Assembly (NCBI GenBank): GCA_947254045.1
Contig: CAMYBO010000001.1
Span: 1-32,132 of the forward strand
DNA length: 32,132 bases
Direction of reading: 5' to 3'
Origin: an uncultured Granulicatella sp.
GTDB lineage: Bacteria > Bacillota > Bacilli > Lactobacillales > Aerococcaceae
Positions 1 through 8,568 of this stretch are shown piece after piece. How positions within the stretch are numbered: position 1 is the stretch's first letter; every line of letters starts with the position of its first letter. The notes below the pieces were generated by a model that was not told the DNA's origin, searched no databases, and worked only from the letters and a program-made list of their open reading frames with translations. The position numbers and the translations under genes are program-made.

Positions 1-95
1 CATGTCTGTGGCTTTTATGTAAGGAAAAATTGAGAATTTAGGCTCAATTTTTAGCCATGAGACCGAAGGCCTGCTGGCGTCCTTTTACTACTATA
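1..95 (-). repeat. Structured intergenic repeat, family A (partial, cut by window edge)
   Basis: Reverse complement TATAGTAGTAAAAGGACGCCAGCAGGCCTTCGGTCTCATGGCTAAAAATTGAGCC... aligns with the copy inside 11379-11520 (TATAGTAGCATAGGACGGCAGCAGACCTTTGGTCTCATGCCTAAATTTCGAGCC...). Confidence 0.8.
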
Positions 96-116
96 AAATA
101 ACGTTTTAAAATAATT

Positions 117-397
117 TTATAGTTCTTCCGCTTTATAGATTGTATATCCTTCGTAATAATAACTATAATCAATTCCTTTCATATAAAGAACTCGATTATG
201 AATATCATTCGTTAAAGCTTGTTTTAATAGATGCTTAATTTCGACATCCTTAATAGAGCTTCGTTCCATAGCAAGTAAATAATCATCCTTATCTACCTTA
301 CTCTAGTCAATGACTTGTTGTAATTCCTTCTAATCTTCTCTTCAATTCTGGCAAGTTCTACAGAATCAGTTAAATGCAGTTTGTTTTCTACAACCAT
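117..397 (-). pseudogene. fic: Fic-family adenylyltransferase remnant (class III, NmFic-like), internally deleted
   Basis: Manual translation: MVVENKLHLTDSVELARIEEKI, then a frameshift into KELQQVID*SKVDKDDYLLAMERSSIKDVEIKHLLKQALTNDIHNRVLYMKGIDYSYYYEGYTIYKAEEL*. The C-terminal SYYYEG inhibitory motif is present and the HPFxxGNGR core is absent. Confidence 0.85.
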
Positions 398-407
398 AGA
401 TACTTCC

Positions 408-1268
408 TTACCCTTTCTTCGCTAATAATGTCGCAAATCTGAAACGTAGACGATTGCCGTTTTCGTCTGTTTTGTGGAGTTCGCCAAAGTCTTCATTATA
501 TTTTAAAATTTCCCAACCAGCATAATACTCTAGTAATTCGCCTTCTTTAAAAGTAAATGGGAAATTCACAGGACAAGGTGCATCTTCAGTTGACATCGCA
601 GCGACGATTAAATTATAGCCACCAGAAGCTGTGTGAGATTGCATATTTTCAATAACATCTGGAATGACTTCTTCATGTAAGAACATCAATATAACCGTTG
701 ATACAATCCAATCATATTGTCCGCCAGGAATATCCGCACATTCAATGTCGTATGGCTCCACTTCAAGTAAAAGTCCTTCTTGAGCAGCTACTTCTTGTAA
801 TTTTTGTAAGCTTGGAACATTCCAATCCAATGAAGTGACGTCATATCCTAATGAAGCAAGGTATAAGCTATTACGACCTTCTCCACTTCCTAAGTCAAGT
901 ACACGTCCTTTTGGAATCAGCGGTTGAGCAGCTAATACTTCAGAGTGAGTCTTAGTATAGCCATATTTTTTTGCAAAATAATCTTCTTTTTTACAGAAAA
1001 ATTCTAAATAACATTCGATATCGTCACTTGCTTTAGCGATTCGATGCCACTGTTGTGGTTCCACCAATGGAATAGGAGTAGTCGCATTTAGTAGTACAGT
1101 ATCACTAACGCTACCATCCTCGTTTAAAAATTCAAACGTGATTTCTCCTTTTAAAATATGTAGTTGTGCCCATGTGCCCACCTTTGTATTATGCATTTTT
1201 TTAAACGGTTCAGGCAAAGTCTCCGCCGTCCACAGGGGCATTTTTTTATAAGAAATTAAATTGTTCAT
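408..1268 (-). CDS. tehB: SAM-dependent methyltransferase TehB (N-terminal cupin-like domain plus methyltransferase)
   Basis: MHNTKVGTWAQL and VEPQQWHRI in the N-domain, VLDLGSGEGRNSLYL motif I, and C-terminal RFRFATLLAKK. Start placed at ATG 1268 after the GAGGTG RBS. Confidence 0.9.
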   Translation of the reverse strand: MNNLISYKKMPLWTAETLPEPFKKMHNTKVGTWAQLHILKGEITFEFLNEDGSVSDTVLLNATTPIPLVEPQQWHRIAKASDDIECYLEFFCKKEDYFAKKYGYTKTHSEVLAAQPLIPKGRVLDLGSGEGRNSLYLASLGYDVTSLDWNVPSLQKLQEVAAQEGLLLEVEPYDIECADIPGGQYDWIVSTVILMFLHEEVIPDVIENMQSHTASGGYNLIVAAMSTEDAPCPVNFPFTFKEGELLEYYAGWEILKYNEDFGELHKTDENGNRLRFRFATLLAKKG

Positions 1269-1326
1269 GTATATCACCTCGTAAGTTCATTGTAGAAAAA
1301 AGAAGAGGGATATGCAAGGAAAATTA

Positions 1327-1343
1327 TATAGGCAAAACTTATA
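1327..1343 (+). promoter_or_regulatory. Putative MetR/MtaR (LysR-type) binding box
   Basis: TATAGGCAAAACTTATA resembles TATAGTTTnAAACTATA. It ends 22 bp before the -35 and is followed by TGATAG. Confidence 0.5.
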
Positions 1344-1365
1344 ACAAGTGATAGTAATCTAGAAA

Positions 1366-1394
1366 TTGACTGCAATGGAGTTTGTTGGTATTCT
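1366..1394 (+). promoter_or_regulatory. Sigma-A promoter of met operon 1
   Basis: TTGACT-N17-TATTCT with extended TG. Confidence 0.7.
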
Positions 1395-1404
1395 AGTTTC
1401 ATAG

Positions 1405-1672
1405 TCATAATGCACTGTGACAAGGAGAGTAAAAGTGAATCTATTTTAGAGAGTCTCGGTTGGGTGAAAAGAGATAATAGTTGAAGCTTTGAAGATGGCC
1501 TTTGAGTGCTAATCGTTGAATCATTAAACGATTACGGGAAAGCCCGATATAGCTTTTCAGTTTAAATGAACTGAATGAGGCAGAATTTGTGAGAATTCTG
1601 TAAATAAAGGTGGTAACACGAGAGAACTCGTCCTTTGGTTGGTTAGTAAGACCAAAGAGCGGGCTTTTTATT
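1405..1672 (+). promoter_or_regulatory. T-box riboswitch (Met specifier)
   Basis: AGAGAG...GGTGAAA stem I, specifier ATG at 1495-1497, T-box AAGGTGGTAACACG at 1607-1620, and terminator hairpin plus T-run at ~1627-1669. Confidence 0.92.
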
Positions 1673-1691
1673 TGCTTGAAAGGAGAAACAA

Positions 1692-2738
1692 ATGATTGAA
1701 TTAAAAAATATTGATGTAACATTTCAGCAATCAGGCAAAACTGTTGAAGCTGTGAAGCAAGTAAATATTACGATTGAAGATGGCGATATTTATGGAATTA
1801 TCGGTTATAGTGGTGCTGGGAAAAGTACATTAGTACGTACCATCAATTTATTACAACGTCCAACAAATGGAACAGTAACGGTTTCAGGAGTGGAGTTAAC
1901 AAGTTTAAAAGAGGCTCAATTAAGAGATGCTCGTAAAAAAATCGGAATGATTTTCCAACATTTCAATTTGATGAATACTTTATCGGTATTTGACAATGTT
2001 GCCTTTCCATTAAAACGCTCAGGATTATCTAAAGCGGAAATTAAGGAAAAAGTTGAGTCACTTCTACACTTAGTAGGATTGGAAGATAAAATTACAAGTT
2101 ATCCAAAACAATTATCTGGGGGACAAAAACAAAGGGTTGCGATTGCGAGAGCATTAGCGAATGATCCAGATGTTCTATTATGTGACGAAGCGACAAGTGC
2201 ATTAGACCCTAAAACAACCGAATCTATTTTAGAACTTTTGAAAAAAGTAAACGAACAGTTAGGCATTACAATCGTGATTATCACTCACGAAATGCAAGTT
2301 GTAAAAGAGATTTGTAATAAAGTTGCCGTAATGGAACAAGGTTTAATTATTGAACAAGGATCAGTATTAGAAATCTTTACGAATCCACAAAAACCATTAA
2401 CGAAAGATTTCATCGATACAGCAACACATATTAACAAAGGAATTGAAACAGTTCTACAACATGAACATTTACTAAACTTAAATCCTGGAGATGTTCTTGC
2501 GAAAATTTCATTTGTGGGTGTTTCAACAGGAGAACCACTGATTACGAAATTATCAACTCAATTCCAAGTAGCAGCGAATATTTTATTTGCCAATGTGGAA
2601 GTCATTCAAGAGACTGCTGTTGGAACTTTACTAGTAGGTTTATCTGGTGAAGCTGAAAAAATTCAACAAGCCATCGAATATATTCACCAATCAGGTGTTC
2701 AAACAGAAATTCTAGATGAACCAAAGGAGGTTGAATAA
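1692..2738 (+). CDS. metN: Methionine ABC transporter ATP-binding protein
   Basis: GYSGAGKS Walker [10 protein letters not shown] signature, [12 protein letters not shown], and NIL-like C-terminus. Confidence 0.93.
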   Translation: MIELKNIDVTFQQSGKTVEAVKQVNITIEDGDIYGIIGYSGAGKSTLVRTINLLQRPTNGTVTVSGVELTSLKEAQLRDARKKIGMIFQHFNLMNTLSVFDNVAFPLKRSGLSKAEIKEKVESLLHLVGLEDKITSYPKQLSGGQKQRVAIARALANDPDVLLCDEATSALDPKTTESILELLKKVNEQLGITIVIITHEMQVVKEICNKVAVMEQGLIIEQGSVLEIFTNPQKPLTKDFIDTATHINKGIETVLQHEHLLNLNPGDVLAKISFVGVSTGEPLITKLSTQFQVAANILFANVEVIQETAVGTLLVGLSGEAEKIQQAIEYIHQSGVQTEILDEPKEVE

Positions 2739-2739
2739 G

Positions 2740-3417
2740 ATGAACTTACACCAATTATTTCCAAATATTGATGCTCGTGTAACTCAAGAAATTATTAAAA
2801 GTACGATTGATACATTATTAATGGTAGGAATTACAGGCTTAATTGCTGGAGTATTAGGGATTGCTTTAGGAGTTGTGTTAGTCGTTACTCGTGAAGGCAA
2901 TATTTTAGAAAATAAAATTCTATATGTGACTTTTGATAAAGTGGTGAACCTATTCCGTTCGATTCCATTTATCATTTTAGCGATGTTATTAATCCCATTA
3001 ACAAGATTAATTGTTGGGACTACAATAGGAATTCCTGGTGCGATTGTGCCACTAGTCATTGCAACTGTTCCATTCTTCTCACGACAAGTACAATTAGCTT
3101 TGTTAGAAGTGGATAAAGGAGTGATCGAAGCTTCAATCGCTATGGGATGTACACCATTGGAAATTATTTTCCGTGTGTACTTAAAAGAAGGATTGCCAAG
3201 TTTAATTCGTGCTTCTTCTCTAACAACAATCAGCTTAATTGGGTTAACAACAATGGCTGGTGCGTTTGGAGCTGGTGGAATTGGTAACTTAGCAATTTCA
3301 AGAGGATACAATCGATTCCAAGGAGACGTAATCGTAGTAGCAACGATTATTATGTTGATTATTGTATTTATCAGCCAAGCAGTCGGGGACTTCCTAGAAA
3401 AAAGAGCTACTAAATAA
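2740..3417 (+). CDS. metI: Methionine ABC transporter permease
   Basis: RSIPFIIL, VDKGVIEASIAMG EAA loop and GAGGIG. Start placed at ATG 2740 after AAGGAGG. Confidence 0.92.
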   Translation: MNLHQLFPNIDARVTQEIIKSTIDTLLMVGITGLIAGVLGIALGVVLVVTREGNILENKILYVTFDKVVNLFRSIPFIILAMLLIPLTRLIVGTTIGIPGAIVPLVIATVPFFSRQVQLALLEVDKGVIEASIAMGCTPLEIIFRVYLKEGLPSLIRASSLTTISLIGLTTMAGAFGAGGIGNLAISRGYNRFQGDVIVVATIIMLIIVFISQAVGDFLEKRATK

Positions 3418-3601
3418 AAGGATACGAGATTGAGCGTTTTGAAACGAAACACTGGAGCGACGCACACAAAGCAACGTAGTTGTGTGGGGGTGGCGTGAAG
3501 TGGACGTCGTTTCAGCGAAATCGAGTTCAACTAAAAAAGGATACGAGATTGAGCGTTTTGAAACGAATCGCTGGAGTGAGAAACTCACAATAAAAAGGAT
3601 A
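3416..3601. repeat. Tandem structured intergenic repeat, family B
   Basis: 33-bp identical AAAAGGATACGAGATTGAGCGTTTTGAAACGAA at 3416 and 3535 (period 119). Unit 1 folds as a long imperfect hairpin (TGAAACGA/TCGTTTCA, CACACAA/TTGTGTG). Confidence 0.8.
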
Positions 3602-3640
3602 TTGAAATAAATTTAAACACAAAAAAAGAGGGATTTATAG

Positions 3641-4501
3641 ATGAACATTAAAAAATTATTTGTAACAGCATTAGCAGGATTAACATTAGCAGCATGTGGA
3701 CAAGGAGCTCAAACTTCTTCAAGCTCAACCCAAGCAGCAGATGCTAAAAAAGAAGCAAAAACAGTTAAATTAGGAGTTAACGCAGGAAATCAAGATGTAT
3801 GGGATGACGTTATTAAACGCTTAAAAGAAAAAGAAAACATCAATGTTGAATTAGTAGAATTTACTGACTATGTTCAACCAAACCAAGCTTTAGAAAATGG
3901 AGATGTTGACTTAAACTCATTCCAAACAATTATTTACTTAGAACGTTTCAACAAAGAACAAAATACTCACATCAAACCAATTGGATATACTGTAATTGCG
4001 CCAATGGGTGTGTACTCTAAAAAAATTAAAAACGTTAGCGAGTTAAAAGAAGGAGATACAATCGCAATCCCAGAAGATACTTCTAATAACTCTCGTGCAT
4101 TACGCTTACTACACGCAGCTGGCGTCATCAAATTAAAAGATCCAAGTAACACATTAGTGACTAAAGATGATATCGTAGAAAATCCTAAGAAAATTGACAT
4201 TAAAGAATTACCAGCTGGACAAACAGCTCGTGCTTTAGACGATGTAGCAGCTTCATTAATCAACAATGGTTTTGCAGTTGAAGCAGGATTCCAACCAACT
4301 AAAGATTCAATCTTTATTGAAGAAATCACAGATTCATCTCAACCATACTACAATGTCATTGCTGCTAAAGAAGGTAACGAAAACAACGAAGTTTACAAAA
4401 CAATCGTTAAATACTACCAATCACCAGAAACAGCTAAGAAAATTGAAGAAGTTTCAAAAGGTGCAAACGTACCAGTTTGGGAAAAAGCTTCCTTAAAATA
4501 A
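3641..4501 (+). CDS. metQ: MetQ/NlpA family ABC substrate-binding lipoprotein
   Basis: Lipobox LAAC, plus EFTDYVQPNQAL, DLNSFQ and PYYNVIA. Confidence 0.92.
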   Translation: MNIKKLFVTALAGLTLAACGQGAQTSSSSTQAADAKKEAKTVKLGVNAGNQDVWDDVIKRLKEKENINVELVEFTDYVQPNQALENGDVDLNSFQTIIYLERFNKEQNTHIKPIGYTVIAPMGVYSKKIKNVSELKEGDTIAIPEDTSNNSRALRLLHAAGVIKLKDPSNTLVTKDDIVENPKKIDIKELPAGQTARALDDVAASLINNGFAVEAGFQPTKDSIFIEEITDSSQPYYNVIAAKEGNENNEVYKTIVKYYQSPETAKKIEEVSKGANVPVWEKASLK

Positions 4502-4539
4502 TTCATAAGAATTAATCATTTTAATCATCATTCATCTCC

Positions 4540-4568
4540 AAAGAGGCATGCTCGTCATGCCTCTTTAT
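4540..4568 (+). terminator. Intrinsic terminator-like hairpin after metQ
   Basis: AAGAGGCATG-CTCGT-CATGCCTCTTT. Confidence 0.65.
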
Positions 4569-4591
4569 TACAATCGAAAGAAGGAATTTTA

Positions 4592-4790
4592 ATGAGCCAA
4601 ATTAAAGAAAAAGCACAAGCTTTAGCAGAAGAGTTAGTAGCACTTAGAAGACATTTTCATGAAAATCCAGAATCAAGCTTGAAAGAATATAAAACAGCAG
4701 AAAAAATTCAAGAAGAACTAACAAAATTAAAGATTCCATTTAAAAAAATTGCAGATACTGGAACATTAGCGATTATTAAAGGAGAAAAAC
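4592..4790 (+). pseudogene. N-terminal fragment of an M20 family amidohydrolase
   Basis: LVALRRHFHENPESSLKEYKTAEKI...TGTLAIIKG is the typical M20D N-terminus. The match stops after ~66 codons. Confidence 0.85.
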
Positions 4791-4937
4791 GTTGCAGTTG
4801 CAAATGCAGCAGCAAGCAAACAAGATGAATTACCAAGCACTGGTACAGCAGAATTAGGAGTATTCGCTCCAGCTGTATTATCAATCTTAGCAGGTCTAGG
4901 ATTAGTAGCACCACAAGATAAAATAGAAGACAAATAA
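4788..4937 (+). pseudogene. C-terminal fragment of an LPXTG cell-wall-anchored protein
   Basis: A different frame reads NVAVANAAASKQDELPSTGTAELGVFAPAVLSILAGLGLVAPQDKIEDK*. LPSTG (4830-4844) is followed by a hydrophobic stretch and a charged tail. Confidence 0.8.
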
Positions 4938-4956
4938 ACATTGAATTCTTAAATGA

Positions 4957-4992
4957 CAAAAGGATGACGGGCAATACCCATCATCCTTTTTG
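4957..4992. terminator. Bidirectional intrinsic terminator
   Basis: AAAAGGATGA-CGGGCAATACCCA-TCATCCTTTTT between convergent genes. Confidence 0.75.
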
Positions 4993-4997
4993 CGTTT

Positions 4998-5573
4998 CTA
5001 TAATCCTTTTAAGGCTTCCTCAATGGTTGCTTTATCTTTTACATCATCAATAACGTTTTTGATTTTTCCTTCTTGATCCACAAAAATCATTGTTGGGATT
5101 GAATGAATTTCTAAAGCTTTTTGGAAGTTTTTTTCTTTATCAGAATAGTAATTGAATTCTAATTGATTATCTTTTAAGTAAGCTTGTCCTTTTTCAGGCG
5201 TTTCTCCTTTAACGAGTAGGTTTACTGGAACGAATTCAATAGTATCTTGATAGTTTTTTCTTAATTCATTTAGAATTGGTAATTCTTGTTGGCAATCTGT
5301 ACACCAGCTAGCCCAAGCAACGTAAACAGTTTTCTTTCCTTTAAAATCAGCAGAAGTTTTTTCTTTTGAATCAGCTGTTACAATTGTTACAGATGGCATT
5401 GCTTCTCCGATTAAATCAGTCATTGATTTTTCTTTAGCGGTTGTTGTAGTGGCGGTAGTTGTAGCAGTGCTTGTTGTTGTATTTGATGTTGAAGGGGATT
5501 GGCACCCTGCAGCAAGTACGAGCATACTTCCGAATAAGATAGAACAAGATAGTATTTTTTTAGATTTTTTCAT
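4998..5573 (-). CDS. TlpA/ResA-like thioredoxin lipoprotein
   Basis: Lipobox AAGC, Thr-rich linker, WASWCTDC active site and IPT cis-Pro motif. Confidence 0.85.
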   Translation of the reverse strand: MKKSKKILSCSILFGSMLVLAAGCQSPSTSNTTTSTATTTATTTTAKEKSMTDLIGEAMPSVTIVTADSKEKTSADFKGKKTVYVAWASWCTDCQQELPILNELRKNYQDTIEFVPVNLLVKGETPEKGQAYLKDNQLEFNYYSDKEKNFQKALEIHSIPTMIFVDQEGKIKNVIDDVKDKATIEEALKGL

Positions 5574-5626
5574 AAAATATCTCTCCTTTAAAACGATACG
5601 TTCATTGTATCACATTCTTGGTGAGA

Positions 5627-5659
5627 AAAAAAGGAACCCACCAACGAGGATTCCTTTTC
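5627..5659 (-). terminator. Intrinsic terminator
   Basis: AAAAAAAGGAACC...GGATTCCTTTT hairpin downstream of 5670-6095. Confidence 0.6.
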
Positions 5660-5669
5660 TAGTTAGTCG

Positions 5670-6095
5670 TTAGCCTTGGATGCTGAATGTATATTTATGA
5701 CCTTGAGTTAAGCTATGGTAGAAGCCTTTTCCTTCATATAGTTGGAAAACTTGTACACCAGCACGTTGTTGATCATCAGGATAAACATTTTTAACAAATG
5801 GATTTCCTGCCAAGATTTCTTCTAATCCTTCTTTTTCTAGTTCACGTACTTTTCCTTCGATACGAATCACTTGAATTAAGTAATCATCGTGTGAAAATGC
5901 GGCAATTGCAACATTAGGGTTTTCTTGTAATTGTTTGTAGAAATGAGTTTCTGGGCTTGTCATAAAGAACACTCCATGCTCATTAGCAACGCTGATGTGA
6001 ATTGGACGTGAATGAGGTTTACCATCTTTATCCACTGTAGCAAAAATGGCTACTTCTAACTCTTCTAAAATGCGTAAAATTTCTTCTGTATTCAT
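5670..6095 (-). CDS. Pyridoxamine 5'-phosphate oxidase family (FMN split-barrel) protein
   Basis: FATVDKDGKPHSRPI, FYKQLQENPNVAI and IRIEGKV. Confidence 0.8.
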   Translation of the reverse strand: MNTEEILRILEELEVAIFATVDKDGKPHSRPIHISVANEHGVFFMTSPETHFYKQLQENPNVAIAAFSHDDYLIQVIRIEGKVRELEKEGLEEILAGNPFVKNVYPDDQQRAGVQVFQLYEGKGFYHSLTQGHKYTFSIQG

Positions 6096-6096
6096 A

Positions 6097-6579
6097 TTAA
6101 CACTCCTTTTTTAATAATTGTTTTATTTGTTTCTCAACGGATAATGGAGAAGTTGTTGGGGCAAATCTAGCAACGACTTTTCCGGATGCGTCTACAAGGA
6201 ATTTTGTAAAATTCCATTTGATTGAACTGCCAAATATTCCTTTTGTTTCTTCTTTTAATAATTGAAATAATGGATGAGTTTCTGGACCGTTAACGAGTAC
6301 TTTACCAAACATTGGAAAAGTGACTTGATAATTGAATTGGCAACTTGAAGCAGCTTCTTCAGCGGTTAATGGCTCTTGGTTGGCAAATTGATTACAAGGG
6401 AATCCTAGAACGCTAAATCCTTGTTCGTGGTATGTTTCGTATAAGTTTTGTAATTGGGCAAATTGTGGAGCTAATCCACATCCGCTAGCGGTATTGACAA
6501 TGAGTAATACTTGCCCTTTATAGTCTTCTAATGTGCCTGTTCCATCTAATGTAGGAACTTCTATTTCATAAAGTGACAT
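6097..6579 (-). CDS. gpo: Glutathione peroxidase family protein
   Basis: LIVNTASGCG, LGFPCNQFANQEP and IKWNFTKFLV. Confidence 0.92.
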   Translation of the reverse strand: MSLYEIEVPTLDGTGTLEDYKGQVLLIVNTASGCGLAPQFAQLQNLYETYHEQGFSVLGFPCNQFANQEPLTAEEAASSCQFNYQVTFPMFGKVLVNGPETHPLFQLLKEETKGIFGSSIKWNFTKFLVDASGKVVARFAPTTSPLSVEKQIKQLLKKEC

Positions 6580-6588
6580 GACTTCCTC

Positions 6589-7356
6589 CTATATTAAATG
6601 ATAATGTTTTAATCCTTGAATGACGCCACCTTTATCATTATCTGCACTGACATAGTCTGCTTTTTCTTTTAATAATGGGATGGCATTTCCCATGGCAATT
6701 GCAATATCGACTTCTTGGAACATTTCTAAATCATTAGCACCATCTCCAAAGGCATAGGTAGTGATAAACTTATTATTTAAGGTACGTATTAATGCTCGAA
6801 TGCCTGTTGCTTTAGAATTTCCAGCGGTAATGACGTCCATTGCATATGGGAAATTTCGAATAAATCTTAATTCTGGAAATGCTTGTTGGTAAGCTTCATC
6901 ATTATTGCCTTTTGAAAGTAAGAGCATCATATTCACAGCTTGTTCTTTATAAAATGCTGGAACAACATCTGGTGTTGGTGTATGAATATATCCATAGGCT
7001 TCTTGTGCAAATGGGACTGATTCAATGATTTTAAAGGCATCAACGTTATAACACGTCATACCATGTCCATTTTCTTTTGCAAATTGGAGTAGTTTTTCAA
7101 TCGTTTCTTTTGGGATTTCGTGATGAATTAAAATTTTACCTTTGAAAATCACGACTTGTCCATTCATAAAAACTCCAGAATGAATATTCGTAGACTGAAT
7201 GACTTTCGAAACTTCGATAGGAGATCTTCCTGTTGCTAGAAGTGGTTCATACCCGTTTTCCTTTAATTGTTGAATCGCTTCTATGACTTCAAGGTCGACA
7301 TGTCCTTTTTTATTTAAGAGTGTACCATCCAAGTCAAAAAATACTAAACCTTTCAT
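6589..7356 (-). CDS. Cof-type HAD-IIB hydrolase
   Basis: FFDLDGTLL, ATGR and AFGDGANDLEM. Confidence 0.9.
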   Translation of the reverse strand: MKGLVFFDLDGTLLNKKGHVDLEVIEAIQQLKENGYEPLLATGRSPIEVSKVIQSTNIHSGVFMNGQVVIFKGKILIHHEIPKETIEKLLQFAKENGHGMTCYNVDAFKIIESVPFAQEAYGYIHTPTPDVVPAFYKEQAVNMMLLLSKGNNDEAYQQAFPELRFIRNFPYAMDVITAGNSKATGIRALIRTLNNKFITTYAFGDGANDLEMFQEVDIAIAMGNAIPLLKEKADYVSADNDKGGVIQGLKHYHLI

Positions 7357-7523
7357 AAAAACCTCCTTTTCATATTGCGTTCATTATATCACGAAAGTGA
7401 TATGAATTGAGAATTGATGCTTAAAAAAATCATCTCCAAGAAAAGAATTTAAGGGCAATTGGTAGTAATTACACTATATTTATGGTAGAATTAAAAAGAA
7501 TATTAATAGAGGAGGAAGATCCT

Positions 7524-7757
7524 TTGTATCAAACAATTTTAACATTGATGATGATTATTAGTGTGTTACTAATTATTATTGTAGCTATGCAACCATCGAA
7601 AACAAATGCAGCAAATTCATTATCAGGCGGTGCTGAGCAATTATTCGGGAAAACAAAAGCACGTGGATTTGAAGCATTCTTAATTCGAGTGACTGTTGGA
7701 TTAGGAGCAATCTTTATGATTTTAGCAGTAGCCTTAGCGTACATCTCATCAAAATAA
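7524..7757 (+). CDS. secG: Preprotein translocase subunit SecG
   Basis: Two TM segments and LSGGAEQLFGKTKARG. TTG start after GAGGAGG, in canonical secG-est-rnr-smpB synteny. Confidence 0.92.
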   Translation: MYQTILTLMMIISVLLIIIVAMQPSKTNAANSLSGGAEQLFGKTKARGFEAFLIRVTVGLGAIFMILAVALAYISSK

Positions 7758-7836
7758 AAATGATTAAGCACAATGTTGAAGGAGTATCTCTAAGACATTG
7801 TGTTTTTCTATATAAAAATATTCGTTAAAGGTTGGA

Positions 7837-8565
7837 GTGGACAATTTGGAAGCAATTTGGTTAGAAGAAATAACAAATAAACGGGCGGTTATATTATTTC
7901 ATGCATATACTGGGAAACCAACAGATCTGAGAATGTTAGCTTCCTTTTTACATCGTCATGATTATGCAGTTTATGTACCAGCATTTAGTGGACATGAACA
8001 TTCAAATGCATGTGAAATTTTAAAAGAAACACCAGACAAATGGTATGAAGATGCAAAACAAGCGGTACAATTTGTAAGAAGTAAAGGGTATTCAACGATT
8101 GCTGCACTAGGATTATCGATGGGTGGTATTATGGCAGCAGCACTGGCAACTGATCAATTAGTGGAAATTGCGGGAACATTTTGTTCTCCTGTTTCAAAAA
8201 GAAATGCGCAATTGCCTGATTTGTTGAAGAGTTTTATAGCTTTTGCTACTCATTCCGGGATGTGTGAAGATGAAATGTTCACATTAGGAAAAAAAGCAAA
8301 GCAACAATTATTAGATTTACATAATTTTTCCGCTAAAGTGGCAGAAAAACTAGAACAAGTGACAGGTCCTTTTTATATTGCTCAAGGAGAATTAGATCGA
8401 TTAGTCGACCCAGAAGTATCGATTGAAATGAAAGAAGCATTAGTGAATGCAGCCGTTGATTTTCATTGGTTTGAAAAATCAGGGCATGTCATTACAGTAG
8501 GAAAAGAAAAAGCAGAATTTCAAGAATCTGTATTAGAATTTTTAAACCAACAAGAATGGAGGTAA
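7837..8565 (+). CDS. Carboxylesterase (alpha/beta hydrolase, YvaK/Est-like)
   Basis: GLSMGG nucleophile elbow, GELD acid and SGHVIT His, located between secG and rnr. Confidence 0.85.
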   Translation: MDNLEAIWLEEITNKRAVILFHAYTGKPTDLRMLASFLHRHDYAVYVPAFSGHEHSNACEILKETPDKWYEDAKQAVQFVRSKGYSTIAALGLSMGGIMAAALATDQLVEIAGTFCSPVSKRNAQLPDLLKSFIAFATHSGMCEDEMFTLGKKAKQQLLDLHNFSAKVAEKLEQVTGPFYIAQGELDRLVDPEVSIEMKEALVNAAVDFHWFEKSGHVITVGKEKAEFQESVLEFLNQQEWR

Positions 8566-8568
8566 GAA

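Noticed and set aside
1441..1722. 93-aa minus-strand ORF
   Set aside because: Antisense to the T-box leader with no recognisable protein features.
2784..3588. Long antisense ORFs (248 aa, 64 aa) and similar shadow ORFs over metQ, rnr, proS, murA, ackA and the amidase
   Set aside because: Shadow frames of well-supported genes or repeats, without RBS or motifs.
3416..3601. CRISPR array
   Set aside because: Only two 33-bp repeats, with an 86-bp self-complementary 'spacer' and no cas genes.
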